NCBI RefSeq assembly: GCF_009914755.1
Contig: NC_060932.1
Strand: one strand, 5' to 3'
Length of the DNA stretch: 64,000 nt
From: the human T2T-CHM13v2.0 reference genome, Homo sapiens
Shown: piece by piece, positions 12,916 to 27,149 of the stretch
Layout of the letters: the number at the start of each line of letters is the position of its first letter
Position numbering within the stretch: the first letter of the stretch is position 1
Program-made: the position numbers and the translations under genes
The notes under the pieces: generated by a model
Told to the model about the DNA's origin: nothing
The model's database searches: none
Seen by the model: only the letters and a program-made list of their open reading frames with translations

Positions 12916-13194
12916 TTTGAATTCATCATCTTCTATTCCCTTAATCCTCCATGAGGCTTTTAATTGTTTTATACAAGTTTTTTCAAAGTTTTCACATTAT
13001 GTGGCCATCTACTACAAGTTGGTCTGTTGGATTTGTGCACACAGTCACACAATTAGGAATTGAAAGAACTGAAATATACTGTTGTCCTTTTTCTACAGTA
13101 TTTACGTGCTAACAGAAATTCCATTAGTGGTGCACAGCTTATTCATGATGAACCTCTGCTGACTCCTAATGATCATTGCTTTCTTTTCTAAATG

Positions 13195-13486
13195 TTTTAT
13201 TTTATTTTATTTTATCTATTTGTTTTGAGACAGGGTCTCACTCTGTCATGCAGGCTGAAGTGCAGTGGCGCAATCACAGCTCACTGTAACCTCAAGCTCT
13301 TGGGCTCCAGCAATCCTCCTACCTCAACCTCCCGAGTAGCTAAGAGTGTAGGCGTGTGCCACCACATCCAGCTAATTTTGTTTTGTTTTTGTTTTTTGTA
13401 GAGATAGGGTCTCACTCTGTTGCCCAGGCTGATCTGTAGCTCCTCCACTTAAGCAATCCTCTGCTCAAAGTGCCTCAGCCTCCTAA
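13195..13486 (-). mobile_element. AluJ element, 5' end degraded
   Basis: gagacagggtctcactctgtc...atcacagctcactgtaacctcaagctcttgggctc; (ATTTT)n tail. Confidence 0.9.
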
Positions 13487-14814
13487 TTGTGTCTTTCTAG
13501 GCTGAGAGACTGGAACTCCTTTTTACAGCATTTTGGCACTTGGCTATCTAGTCACCTATCTTAGGTTTCAGTTCCTTCAACCGTGTTTGTTATACCTTTC
13601 TCAGTTTAAAAGTCATTCTCTTTGATGGAAAATAGGAGTAAAATAGAAGTGCATTCATTTTCTTTCATTCATTAACTTTACATTGTCTATTGCATGAGAC
13701 AGACCGATTCCTTCTTGTTCTTGCCCCAGATGTATGTAAAAAGGACGTCTCTATTATTGTTAGCATTGCACTATTATTATTAGAATGGGCATTTTTGAAA
13801 GTCTCTCTACTTCTGGTTTTATATTTTCTTGAGGCAATCCTTAGTTGTTCATACAACGTTTTTGGAATGCATTTTTTGTGTGTGTGTACATGCCTCTTAT
13901 TCCATCTTTTATTGCTATCATTTGAAGTCCCAGTGTGTCAGAGATAGCCATAATGAATCAGGCAAACAAATGTCCATTTTTAAGAGCTTTCCTCTATTTT
14001 AAAACTCAATGAACATATCTAATTGTTTAGGAAAGATGGTTTGCATTATCCTTTGCAGATGTTACAGTATTCACACAGGAAAGAAACTATTGCTTTGCTC
14101 AATCAAAAATCTAGCTACTTTGGCCACTTCTCAGTTAATACTTCATTATATTATTTACAGTTGAGACCTATGTTGAAATGTATTTTAGTGATCTAGAAAT
14201 ACTTTCATATTGGTCAATGCGCTTTTGGATTTTCTCAGTGTTTGGGTTTGTTTTGTCATTTTTGATCAACCAATTTATTATTTTAGCTTTTAGTACAAAA
14301 TATACTTCTAGCTAGATAATCCATTTATCATTGAAATATCTGCAAGGAAAAAAGTTTGTTATGATGAATCTGTCACTGTCTAGGGCCTAACCTCTTCTAT
14401 TGTCTCTAAAACAATTATTTTTGCAATACAATTTTTGATAGCTAAGAGTTTAGGGGAAATGAAACCATTGTGTTGTAGCAAAACAGATGGTAACTAATGT
14501 ATTATCAGGGAACAGAATCAGATTTTGGGGGGATACTTCTCCATTTCTCTAATACTGAGATTATTTGTATTTGTGATTTTATAGTTAGAATTTATTTGAT
14601 TTAGAATTTTCTAGCATTATTGAATTATGTTTCTCTAAATAAATGCTGGCTATGAAACTATTGCTATAGTTTGATCCGAACAATGTAACTTTACCCAGTA
14701 TTTTTCTCAGTATTTTGACCTTTAAGAAAACATCATGGTAAAGTCTCTTCATGTTTCTATCATGAGTACTTCTCAAAGTGATTCATGTTGGTTGAACAGT
14801 CTCCATCAATATGA

Positions 14815-15050
14815 ATTAGGACTTGTTCATGACAAGTAACCAAAATCTTAGCAAACAAAGGAAATATTTGGCTCCCTAACTGGAAAGAGGAGGGGTGAGG
14901 TTAGTATCAGGCATGCTTGGCTCTGATGTCAGCATCAAGGGCTCATTCTCTCTTTTCATGACCTGGCTCCACTCCCCTACCCAGGCTCCATTTTCAGTCA
15001 GGCTTTCTCAGGTGGCATGGAAGATGGCTCCTGGTACTCTTACAGCTTAA

Positions 15051-15108
<58 letters not shown>

Positions 15109-15390
15109 CGACCCACCCTCTTTTTCCAAGTCAGAGAAGATATTGGTTAGTTCTGCCTAGGTGACTTGCCCGTCCTTGAGCCAGTTTTTGTACTATGGGG
15201 GGATGCAGCACTCTTCTTTGCTAGACTGAATCATCACCTTACCCATGTAGCCAGGGATTAAAGCACCATTAGTGACAGCCCAACTCAAAGAACATGATAT
15301 AGAAATTCATTAATTGCATATAAAGAACAATAGGGTGCTACCACCAAAAGAAAGGAGAAACAATGCCGTCGCATGCTAAGATAAGAGATA
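14815..15390 (-). mobile_element. Old MLT1 (J/L-like) LTR remnant containing a GA microsatellite
   Basis: gacaagtaaccaaaatc...aaaggaaatatttggctc...caggcatgcttggctc...cctaggtgacttgcccgtccttgagccag. Confidence 0.45.
15054..15103. repeat. (GA)25 microsatellite
   Basis: Uninterrupted GA run. Confidence 0.97.
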
Positions 15391-15651
15391 TCTCCTTTAC
15401 TCACGCTGACTCTTTAATCTTCTGGTTGAGAGTATAGCACAGCAAGTTCAGGTGCCTTGCTTTATCAGAATGTGGTTTCCAAGTAAATTAAGTTGTTTCC
15501 AATTCCTACTGTGAGGTAAGCATTGTGCTAAAACAATGGTTTATCCAAAATACAAGTTTCCTGTATCCTACACACTGTTTTTAAACAGTTCGAGTATTAT
15601 AATCTATATTAGAAAGTATCATTACTCTCCTGCTTAGCCAAATACTTCTTA

Positions 15652-16210
15652 TGAGTGTCTTATTTATTGCTGTGTAACAAACTCTCTTAAAACATAATGG
15701 GTTATTTAGCTCACAAATCTGCAAATTGTGTAGGAGTCTGTGACAGTACCTTACCTCTGCTCCATTTGTCAACATCTTGGGCAGTTTGAAGGATGGGTAA
15801 TATAATCATCCTAAGGCTTATTTCTCACTCACATGTCTAGTGGTTGATACTAGTCATTGTATAAGACTTTAGTTGTGGCTGTTGCCTGGAATATTTGCAT
15901 GTGACCTCTCCATGTGGTCTGGGCTTCCTCACACTATGGTGGCTGGGCTCCAATGGTGAGCATCCAAGAGAAAGAGCCAGGTGAAAGCTATGTTAATTTT
16001 CATAACTTAGCCTTGGAAGTCACTCAGGATCACTTCTGCTACATTTTATAATTAAAACACCTACAAAGAGTCATTCAATTAGAAGGGGAAGAGAGATAGA
16101 ATCCAATTCTTTGCTGAGAGGATTATAAGGTTCTGGAAGAGCATTTGAGAAAGATCATGTGAAACTGGACATATTTCTGTGGCCATTTTCAGAAAATGCA
16201 ATCTGCTGCA
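15652..16210 (-). mobile_element. MLT1G/H-like MaLR LTR
   Basis: tattgctgtgtaacaaac...ctcactcacatgtctagtggttga...ctctccatgtggtctgggcttcctcaca...agccttggaagtcac...gtggccattttc. Confidence 0.8.
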
Positions 16211-18319
16211 CTGATACCCCTAAGAATGATAATGTAACTTGCTTGTGCTTCTTTGTCCTTTATCTTCTTCCAAGGACTATTTATCACTCTCTGTGCGACC
16301 TTCTGCATCATGATCTAATTTTTCTCCAATAAATATGAAACATGTATTTACTGTTGTAAAACACAAGGAAAATACAAATATGAGAAAGACTGAATAGCTA
16401 ACTTCAGAGAGTTTACCTATGCCGGACCTCCTATATCAGAGGAAGAGGTATTCAATGAGAAATTTCTTCTAATTATAATATCATCATTAGAATGAAGACC
16501 ATATTTTTGCCTTCTTAAAGATAGCATTTTATATTTCTTTATTTATTGTATCCTATGGATTGAAATTTAAGTGCATAAATACAAATGACTTGTTTCAAAA
16601 TTCCTTTTCTACTTTTTTCCCTAAGGAAATACTTCTTTACTACATTTTTCTCTCTATCATATGTGTTGTCTATGGCATAGAAATTCATACTTTTATTCAA
16701 ATCACTCTTCAAGTCGAAATTCTTCTAGATAAATAAGTCACTCAGTCTTCCTTATTTTCTCATCTGTAAACATTGCCATTTTTGCTCTACAAATTCATCT
16801 CTTCTGTAAATATGTCTTTCTTAAGAAACAACATTTATCTACATTTGTCAACATCATCCTGTTCCTATGCTGGTTAAGCTAAAGTATTAATAATGAACAA
16901 CTCTGCTTTCTCTGTTTTCTCCATATTGAGAACTTCAGAGGCCTGAGTGACCAATTATGTTGACTCAAAAATAAAGATTGTCACTGTGGCAGGTGCCATA
17001 CTCTATCAAAAAGATATACAATATCCTGATGATACCAGAAACATTTTCATATATGTCAGATTTTTAATAGATATGGTGAAAAATTATTTTTTAAAGGCTT
17101 GGTTTATTTGATGGCACAGGGTGGGATGCTTCACAGAGCCATATGCAGCTCTTTCTTGGAAGCCTCTTTTCCAGATTTTTCTCCCACCTGTTATGCTGCA
17201 TCTTCAAAATCCCACTTATCTCTATACTTCTACTTCTTCCTTCAAGGGTCACAGGAGGGTCACTGAACACATCTTCATACTCAGCAGTCTGTAATTTTAT
17301 ACATAATTTAGTACAATTATCAAGGTCACCCCCATTCAGCCCTTTAAAGCTACCCCCTCTGGTCAGACACAGCCTTGCAAAGGTAAAGGCATGGAGAGGT
17401 GCACACAGACTGAATTTCAGCCCTCACTACCCTTGTCAGACCAGCTAGAAGGGGCAGCCCTGCATCTCTGGTGACTCCTGCAGGGCTAGAACCCAGTGAG
17501 CATTTCAGAGCTATGAAGTATGCCAGATTCAGTCTGTAGGCAAGGACAGCTATAGTCTTTGTTCTAAAGAATGTGTTTTAGGAAATCATTTATGTCTTTC
17601 TCTCTAAACCCTGAGCCAGCACAATATGCAAAACAATCAGCTGAAGGGAAATCTTATTTTTGAAACTATGTTTATTAAGAAAACCAAACCAAACCAAACC
17701 AAACAAAAATCCCCTCACATCAATAGAGGACGGAGCCAGAGTGCAGCCTTTGGGTGCCAGATGTTGGTGAATTCTGATGGGTCAGCTTGTCTCTTTGGAA
17801 CGGGGAACACATAAACCTGCTGTTTGGGTTAAAGGGATCCATTACTAAGCAGATAATGGGCCAGAAAGGAGAGAAGAAAAAGTACTGACAATTGGGCAAA
17901 TCAAAAAGGGGGGTGCAATTCTCAGAAGCTTAAGGGAAAACTAATAAGCAGGTTGTTTATTGTATGTCACTGTAGACAAACAGGGACAAGTATGTCACTG
18001 TAGACAAACTCCTAATTTAATAAATAAATAAATATACAAGATGGTACAACTGAAGCCCCTCACCAAACTGCAGAATGTAATATTTGATGTATTTGGAAAG
18101 GGGGTGAGGGATGAGCTATTTTGCCAATAAAATTCAATTTGGGAAATTATCTCTTATTAATTTATAAAAGGTCGAATTCTCTACTAATGACCTCATTTCT
18201 GTCTTTTTATGGTGGCTTTTGTGCAATGCCAGCCACTGAAGAATTAAATGTTGCATAATGTAGTTTGAAAATAAAAAAGACCTATAACTTTATTTTAGAT
18301 TTACAAATAATAGTAAATA

Positions 18320-18550
18320 AATCATAGTAGCTACTATTTCAATGTTTACCACGAGCTGCACATTACACATTACATTTGTTATTTCATTTAATTTTTACAA
18401 CAAACTTATAGATAATTTCCAATTTCAGATCAGCAAACCACAGCTTAGTGAGTCTAAGAAACTTGCCCAGGGTCACTCAGCTGATAAGTGGAGAACTGGG
18501 ATTACAACTCAGTTTGGTCTAACACCAAAACCCATGCTCTTAGCTTCTCA
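18320..18550 (-). mobile_element. MIR SINE
   Basis: ccaatttcagatcagcaaac...aacttgcccagggtcactcagctgataagtggagaactgggatt. Confidence 0.75.
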
Positions 18551-19984
18551 ATGGACTCCCTTACTGCATTGAAATTCTTTAGTACCAACCCATGTGCTTT
18601 GGTTTTAATATTTTTGCAGTCTTACTCAGTTTGGATAATTTGCAGGTCAAATTACCTACTGATGTGTAGCTAGCTGATTGAGGAGTTTGAACTCAGTAGG
18701 GTATAAATGATTTGCTTCCTTTTCATCATTGCTTTCACTTGTACTCCGTGGAATTGCCCTGTCCTGTGTTTTTAATGAATTCTTGGGCAGATTTCCTAAC
18801 TTTCTGGTCATTCTTGGTTATTAAAATTTAATCCAGTCTACTTTATACATTTCCTGTTCAATCCAGAGTTTTCCTCTCCCCCATGCTGATCAAGTTTGTC
18901 ATTAGAGGATAGGATTCTGGAGGGGCAGTTCTGTTTTACTATTTCTCCGCCTCCTCCCCCAACCGGCCCACAAAGTCTTTTTTTGGGCCCAGCTCCTACA
19001 CAGTTGGTAGCTGAAAGCTACATCATCAATATGGAGGTTTCCTCTGCCTGGCTCTGCCTCCCTCAGGTTCTGCTTAGGGCTAATGTGTTGTATAATTTCT
19101 TTAGATCATCCAGCACCTTTCATCACTGAAATCTCCCTCTAAAAGCCATTTTCTCCTTTTGGTCTCTGCCAGCAATTCCATGTGGTTTACTCCCGTAACG
19201 GTGAGAGGACAACTCCTGTTGCTCTCTGGGCCCCTCCACATGCATCAAGGGCCTTCTACCTTCCTATACTGCGTTGCAGTTCCCCCTCCTCCTATGGCAA
19301 CACTATCAGCATCTCTCCTACTTTTAGGACTATCCAGACAGGGAACATATGTCACTTTCTCAGTTATCTCTCCCCATGCTCAGCTCCCTTCTAATGGAGT
19401 CAAGACCCAGAAAGACAAACATTCAGACAAGGACCAAGGCACAGTACCACCTTCTAGAATTTTCTACTTCACTTGCTCTTTGTGGGAGATAATGTACCAT
19501 TAAAGAGGAGGAGAAGAGGGCAGGAAAAAGCTTCTCAGCTAAACTCTGCGCTCACTCCCCTGGCTCGTCACTCTGAGAACTCTCTCTGTGTCTGGAAGGT
19601 GGTAGGTGGGAGGGAATTATGATTGTGTTAGTGGGCTGGTTCTTTTGCATCTTCTGTGAGTTGTGAGGAAGGTTCTGGCTCCAGCTTTCAGTAGCTTAGT
19701 AATAGTTTTTAAAATATGTGTGACTTAAATTCTCCTGTATTCAACTTTGGGGCAATTCAGCTTTGGAGCAACCACAATTTCATCAGAGGAGAAAAAAAAC
19801 AAGATTCAACAATATATTAAGACATAGAAAAAGTAATTGAGAGTGGGAGTGGGTGTAATTTTTTTTCATCAAGAAATATTTTATGTTTTAAAGAAAATAA
19901 AAAATTATTCCAGAAGTGCTAAGTAAAAGTGCTCACATGGGTAATAATACATCCCTCTTAAGTATCTTAATTTACATTTTTGAA

Positions 19985-20110
19985 TCGCAACAATTATGCA
20001 TTGGAGATGAAGTATCATTATCAACATTTTACAGATGAGACCACTGAGGCTTATACTGGTAAACAATTTTTCTAAAGTCTCACTCTTAAACTGGCAGTGC
20101 TGGATATTTG
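19985..20110 (-). mobile_element. MIR fragment interrupted by an L1PA insertion
   Basis: attatcaacattttacagatgagaccactgaggctt...tctaaagtctcac...ggcagtgctggatatttg. Confidence 0.65.
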
Positions 20111-20518
20111 TGTGTGTGTGTGTATGTTTTATTATACTTTAAGTTCTGGGATACATGTGCAGAATGTACAGGTTACATAGGTATACATGTGCCATGGTGG
20201 TTTGCTGCACCCATCAACCCATCATCTAGGTTTTAAGCCCCACATGCATTAAGTATTTGTCCTAATGCTCTCCTTCCCCTTGCCCCCGCCACTGACAGGT
20301 CCCAATGTGTGATGTACCCCTCCATGTGTCCATGTGTTCTCATTGTTCAACTCCCACTTATGAGTGAGAACATGCAGTGTTTGGTTTTCTGTTCCTGTGT
20401 TAGTTTGCTGAGAATGATGGTTTCCAGCTTCATCCATGTCCCTGCAAAGGACATGAACTCATTCTTTTTTATGGCTGCATAGTATTCCATGGTGTATATG
20501 TGCCACATTTTCTTTATC
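20111..20518 (-). mobile_element. 5'-truncated L1PA7-like element
   Basis: ttatactttaagttctgggatacatgtgcag...ctaggttttaagccccacatgcattaag; 16-bp TSD cagtgctggatatttg (20095-20110) / cagcactggatatttg (20519-20534). Confidence 0.92.
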
Positions 20519-20558
20519 CAGCACTGGATATTTGACTCAATGCATTGCTCAATCTTTA

Positions 20559-21425
20559 TGTACTTAGCTTAGAAGGGTTTCCTAGAGCATGGGCCCCCAA
20601 CCCCTAGGCCATGGACAGTGGCCTGTTAGGAACCGGGCCACACAGCAGGAGGAGAGCAGCCAGCAAAAGAGTGAAGTTTCATCTGTATTTACAGCTGCTT
20701 CCCATTGCTGGCATTACTGCCTGAGTCTGGCATTAGATTCTCATAGAAGGGTTAACCCCGTTGTGAACTGTGCATGCAAAGAAATCTAGGTTGCGCACTC
20801 CTTATGGGAATCTAAATGCCTGATGATCTGTCACTGTCTCCCATCACTCCCAGATAGGACTGTCTAGTTGCAGAAAAACAAGCTCAGGGCTCCCACTGAT
20901 TCTACATTATGGTGAGTTCTATAATTATTTCATTATATATTACAATGTAATAATAAAAACAAAGTGCACAGTAAATATAGTGCACTTGAATCATCCTAAA
21001 ACCATCCCGACACCCCCAGGTCCATAGAAAAATTGTCTTCTACAAAACCGGTCACTGATGCCAAAAAGGCTGGGGACCAGTGTCCTAGAGGAATAACCTG
21101 AGAATTGGACTCATGTGCTGGAGAATTAAGTTGTGCTCCTGGGAGAAATCTGTACTGGAATGAGGGAAGCAAAACAGAAAAGGGGAAGAAGTTCAACAAG
21201 GAGGTGGTGTCTGGAGAAACCTAGACTCAGCCTGAGCCCAAAGGGAGCACTACAGTGTAGGTTACACCATAGAGTTTGCTGGCCCTTTACACAAGGAGCT
21301 GAATCTTTGTGCCCCGTACCACTCAGTCACTGGCCATTGGTTGCCCTACAGAGAGTGGATTGGGGGATGCAGTAACTCACTGCCACCTCAGAGTGAATGG
21401 GGGCATCAACAGAGCTGACTACAAT
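20559..21425. mobile_element. LTR33-like ERVL LTR split by MER1A
   Basis: agggtttcctagag|gaataacctgaga...gagggaagcaaaacag...ctcagcctgagcccaaagggagcac...cagtcactggcc. Confidence 0.55.
20588..21082. mobile_element. MER1A hAT-Charlie DNA transposon
   Basis: ggcctgttaggaaccgggccacacagcaggag...gcattagattctcatag...tgccaaaaaggctggggaccagtg; perfect 8-bp TSD TCCTAGAG (20580-20587, 21083-21090). Confidence 0.93.
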
Positions 21426-22079
21426 AATACTACTCTGCTTTTCACCATGTTAGTAGTTAATGGAGATGTATAAGACAACCAAAGAGAAGACAAAGGGAGA
21501 TGTCCTAGAATAAAATTCAAAAGGTCAAGGAAAATGGCAGTATTGTTATATTGCCCTTTGTTTGAATAAATACATTTACTCTAGCTTTACCTGGTATTTT
21601 CAGTATAGATAAACTGATCATTAAAATTTGTTATTTCTTAGAAAGACTTTTTGAAACACAACTCAACTAGATTACAATGAATAAGTATTTGTTGAAGGAA
21701 AATACCCAATTTTATGACTTTCTCTTCTAACTTAGGCAAAGAAGAGTTCAAATGCAAAGCAAATTATGAGATTCAAGGCTATGTCTTTAATGAAAAGGCA
21801 ATTTTGGCTCAATAGGGTGAAATTACATGGTAAGTTTGAATGAAAATGTATTATTCTTCACTTTAAATATATTCTGTGCATACACCTTAGCCATTATCGC
21901 TAGGTATTTTTAATAGACAAAAAATTAATATGACCAACCTTCTTTAAGACAATTATTCATATTTATTTAAGGCACCTAACCAAGTCCCATTACTTTAACT
22001 TGAATTCATGATAAATTAACGTTTTAAACTACTTCATTCAAACAACCATTGTAGTATAATTATATCACAACATCAATTT

Positions 22080-22310
22080 TTAACACATATTGATAGCAGG
22101 ATGTGGCAGGTGATATTCGAAGTGCTGCATCTGTCATAATTTATTTGATCTTTATAACAATCATGGAGAATGGGTACTATTATCATTTGTCTTCTACAGA
22201 TGAAGAAACTGAGGCAGATTCAATAACTTGCCCAGTGTCATATGGTTGGTGGGTGAAGGAGTCAATATTTGAACTCAGGCAGCATGGTTCTAGGGCCCTG
22301 CACTGAGTAT
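22080..22310 (-). mobile_element. MIR SINE
   Basis: ttctacagatgaagaaactgaggcaga...taacttgcccagtgtcata...atttgaactcaggcag. Confidence 0.8.
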
Positions 22311-22920
22311 TAAAAAATACTGAAATACAGGTTATTGATATTCATAAATTCTGGTGTTCATTTTTACCATGTGTTGTTTTGACTCCCTGTTTGTAGATTT
22401 TACAAATTAAATATTTAGAGAAAATCAATAATACAGTTGACAAAAACAAAACTTAGAGAATCAATAAGATAATAACTAGACAAGGACAAGATACATGGTG
22501 GTTATAAAAAAATGAATGATTTTATTATGTAAATATATTTAATCTTATATGTTTATAATTCAAATTCCATTGCTCTGTATTTTTGTTTTTATAATTTTCT
22601 ATAGTTTATAAAAAGTTATCAGAGCATCAATTTTTAATAGTTTGATTATAAAATGTACCCTTATTCTTTCTTATGTTTCCCAAATAGTTCCTAGATCCTA
22701 CATCTGCTCTTCCTTAAAAACAACACATGTGCACATACACACACATAATTATGTATGTATGTGTAGGCAATTACAAGTAAACAATGAAGGCTTAGTGGAA
22801 TATCTGAGCTGGGATGAAGTGGGAAATGGTTCATTTACCCCATCCTGACCTCAGCTCAACAGTTTCCTTTAATGTATTAGATGTCTTTTGGTGTCATATT
22901 TTAAACTATATTGTAACAAT

Positions 22921-23014
22921 CCATCCATCCCTTTTCTTTCCTTCTTTCCTTCCTTCTTCCTTTCCTCTCTTCCTTCCTTCCTCTCTCCCTCTCTTCTTTT
23001 TTCCTTCCTTCTTC
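22921..23014. repeat. Pyrimidine-rich (CCTT/CT)n low-complexity tract
   Basis: Almost pure C/T with degenerate CCTT units. Confidence 0.85.
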
Positions 23015-26000
23015 GCCACTTAATGAGCTCATGCTCTACAAATACGTGTAAAACCAAGGCATGTGAATTATATTCCAGGCCCCTAAGGAATATACAGCCT
23101 AACACTTGGAGGGCCTTAGGTGTTTGGGCTTTGAATGGTTGCTGGTTGCAACTGATTTGTGTGAAACTGGGGCAAAGCACTTTTGTTTTCTCTTTTGGAA
23201 ACTGAAGTGTTTGGATGGCTTCTAAAGTCCCCTGAAGTTTTGAAAACAAAAATTTTAAGAATAATTTATAGTTTCATAATCTAAGTAAGAATAAACAGAG
23301 AATGAGAAATGTCAGCAAAGTAAGTATGTAAGCAAAAGCCATGATTAATAAAATGGTTAATAAACTAGTTTTCCTATTAATGTAAGAGAATAAGCCAAAT
23401 GCAATCAATAGGCACTATCAGGAAATTTGAAATGAAGACCCATAGTGAATATATAAAGGTGGATGTATTAAGAATGGACAATGGAGATTTGCCTGAAATA
23501 TATTTCTTTGAGCTCTAATTCCTGGATTATTAGAAACTCTATCCTAATTTCCCACACGTCCAATTTCACATGTAAGTCAACCCTACTCTTAGCTTGTCCT
23601 TTTGCCATATTATTCTAACACAAAAAACGAAAGACATCCATAGATTATTTATAATATTATAGCTTGCAGAAACGTTTTCAAACATCTTTGAAGCACCTTA
23701 CTCTATAACTATTATTGTAAATATTTTTCCATATGAAAGTTAATTTAGAAACATATATCTTATTATGTAATTATAACTGCTTTACTATCAGAACAAAGTT
23801 TACATTGATTGTAGAATGTATTGCTACGTTCTTCCCATAAAGCATATCAAGTGAAATATAGACTTTTTTGTATTACCAAATATCATTGACAAATACAAGA
23901 TGTTTTATAAGTGGCACTCGCATTCTATATATTCATTTATAAGTGAGACTTGTATTCCACATATACATAATATAAAAAGTTAGGAATATGTTTTAATCAT
24001 TTAATGATGAACTCTAAATGATAAACCTAAAACGTATTTTTACCAGTCAAGAAAACATTTATAATGCACAAGGTATTTTTATTAGTTTTGACATAGCTTA
24101 TTTTTTCACAGTGTGTTTTAAGGTTTATATACAACTTGAATTTTAATGTCCTCACCTGAAATTTCATACATTGTTAGCCAACTCTCAAATCAGGGGATTT
24201 TTAAGGGATCAATCACGTTTGCTTTTTTGCCAAAGCAAACAATGCCAAGATCTCAGTTTATTAATAATGAAAGAGACCAGAAAGCCAGGACATGGATATT
24301 TGTAATTATGTTTCACAATATTGATTTTTGTTAAGTAGCATCATATGGTATAGCATGTATTTAGTTTGCAAATGAAAATGAATTGAGATTCTTTTCATGA
24401 TGAGGATAGAAAAAAGATTTTAAAGAAAAAAAAAAGGAGATTCTTCAGGATTTCTGAGACCAGTAAGGATCTGGGTCCATCTATGAATGAGCATCACTTT
24501 TCTGCCAGGAGTAATGATTGAGCTGCATTTCTGCAAGGAGTTATAAAAATCAACATCAATGTTTAGAACTCAAAAGTGAGGTTACAGTTATTGGTGACTC
24601 CTTGATTTTTTTTTAACAGTGTTCCAGTTTTTTCAATTTATTTCCAACTCTGTGTCTTCCCGGCCACTGAGGCCTGTGCTGTAACTCTGCATCCAGACAT
24701 ATTCTAGGCTATAGTCATTTGCCAGGGTTGCCTCTCACGCAAGAAGAGAAACTCATGTGTTAAGTTCCCTCACATTAAACTATATGGGTCTGATTCCTCA
24801 TAAAACAAAAATGATGAACTTGGAATGGTGACACCCGGTGACTAATATGAAATATTAGTATCTCTCAGGTTCCCTTCCAAAGAGATGATTTTGAGGATGT
24901 CATTGTATTCTAGTCTACTAAATGGACAAGCTTTTGTATTAAGAACCAGGACTGTTGGCAGAGAGGAACCAGGGATGTGTCATTAAAAGATTGGAAGGGT
25001 TTCATAGCGGATCTAACCCAATCCTAATTTTAGAGGGTCAAACATAGGAATAAATGATACCTTTTATTTACCTTAGTGTTTCCTTACTTTGAAAATCTTG
25101 TTTCCTAATAGATCATTCTTTGGTCAGTAAATTACTGTTTGAGAGTTGAATGTAATTTCAACAGCATTTTCATGGCACTTTAAAAATAAGGAATGATAAT
25201 TTTAAATCCTTTAGAAATGAAACTAGCTTGTTATATTTTGATCCCTCTGAAAGAGGCATAAGGAGAGATTTATTAACATCAATTTTCCACTTTTGATGCC
25301 CTCTGTAGGAGGTGCTAGTAAAATTCAGATATGTTCCCAAGGCCTCAATTTGAGTGTCCTGCTGAATGACTTACTCAGATGGAAGTGATAGAACTGTCCT
25401 TCCTCATCATGTGACAAGTGAGCTTATTGAGGATTTATGCTAAATAGAGCCCTTGATTAGAAAGAGAGCATTTTAAACTCTTTTTAAACTTTCCTGCTTA
25501 TATGCAACCATGGTGCTTAGGTTCCCTGACATTTCTGGTATGGCCAAGAATGTATCTATTGGCCACTCAGGAAAAATACTTCCCTTCAGAAGGCCCTTTT
25601 TAAAGTGGTAGGCTGTGTTGCTCCTGGCTACCTTTAATTATTCAAATAACTTCTATATCTTGAAATTGATGTTGTTCTCAGAATCCAGATGGCATGGAAC
25701 ATATTTTCTGTACATCTATGATCAAATATGCAGTTAAGAATTTTTTTTCAGAGTAGACCATATTGTCCAACTTATTAAATTTATTAATTTCAATAATACA
25801 TTGGCCAGTAGGAGTATTACATATTTTGCATCTGAGAAAAATGTATTAGTATTAATAAGTTTATAAACAATTCATCACCTACTCAGATGGTATAATGTAG
25901 CAATTTATTGTATACTAGGTGAATTTTGTTAACAGGGAATCCCCTGATGAAAAAAATAGCTTAATATTAATTACTAGCTCCATCTGTGCAAAACCATAGA

Positions 26001-27149
26001 TAAACCAATATTTTAATACAATGACTTCATGCATGTCAGTTATCTTCAACATTAAATGCTACAGTTTTGTTGATGCAGTTTACCTGTCTATTAATTTAAA
26101 TAATGCGTGTCCTTACAGAGGTTAAAATTATGAATAAATGAATTAAAATTAAATATAATGAAACATTTAAATAGGTGTAACATGAATCTGATTCATTCTC
26201 CAGGAATATATCCTGTATGCATGTATGTATATACAAATTACTGTACCATCTGCTAGGTTTTTACAGGTTGCGTATGAATTTTCTTTCCACACCTGAAAGG
26301 CATATTGTGAATTCCTTGTAGTGAAAAGATTGTTGAAAAGGTTGAGACAATTGGTGTAACTAATGCCTGGCAGTGGTCAGACTCAAAGAGTACCTTCAAA
26401 AGATAGGGGCAGAGGTCATCATAAGAAAGATCATTTTCTATTTAAATTTTGAGCTCTCAAGCTAACATTTTGCTAATTATGACAACGGATGCTGCTCCAA
26501 GCACCAAGGGACCCCCTTTCATCCGTCCTTTTAAACTGCCGTAACCTGCCACCTGGTATGGTCTTTTTATATCCACTTTATGTTCTGGCTTCAATAAATA
26601 TTTATTGAAAAAATTAATGAAATATTCTGGAGAAGGGAATGGTGAGCAAAGAGGCTTTTCTTAGCTGTCAGTACAAGTCATCCCCGTAGTTCACTTATTT
26701 AGACAGTTTAGTACCTCACGCTGCCAAAATTCTCATACTAACCAAGGCGTAGTCTTCAGAGCCTCAGAGGACTTAAGGTATGGCTGGTAATCATTATTGC
26801 TAGAAAACATATGGACAACCAGTAGACTTTTCATTTAGGGAGTCTCTTGGGAGATAGTAACCAATTAATCCAAACTTTTCATTAAATAACACTGAGCAAT
26901 GCAAATCAAACTCCCTTAGTTTACCGTGTTCTGCTGCAGCTAGGAAGAAATCCTCAGGTCTTTAGGCTCCACCAGCTTCTCAGATAGTAAAATTCTCTGT
27001 GGAGAGGGGATGATATTGACATTCCACTATGAGTATTTAGCGCTGACTCAGAATTGTCGTTTATTGTTTAAAGCTGTATCTTATATGTATGTTTCTTTAG
27101 ACATTATTTTGGGATGAGCTTTAAGGGTGGCTTCACTAAACAGTGTAGC

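Noticed and set aside
13060-13194. Possible CR1/L3 remnant (also ~11010-11200)
   Set aside because: Similarity is too degraded to set boundaries without a profile search
26899-27050. Octamer ATGCAAAT plus AP-1 TGACTCA as an enhancer
   Set aside because: Two short motifs are expected by chance in 64 kb and there is no other support
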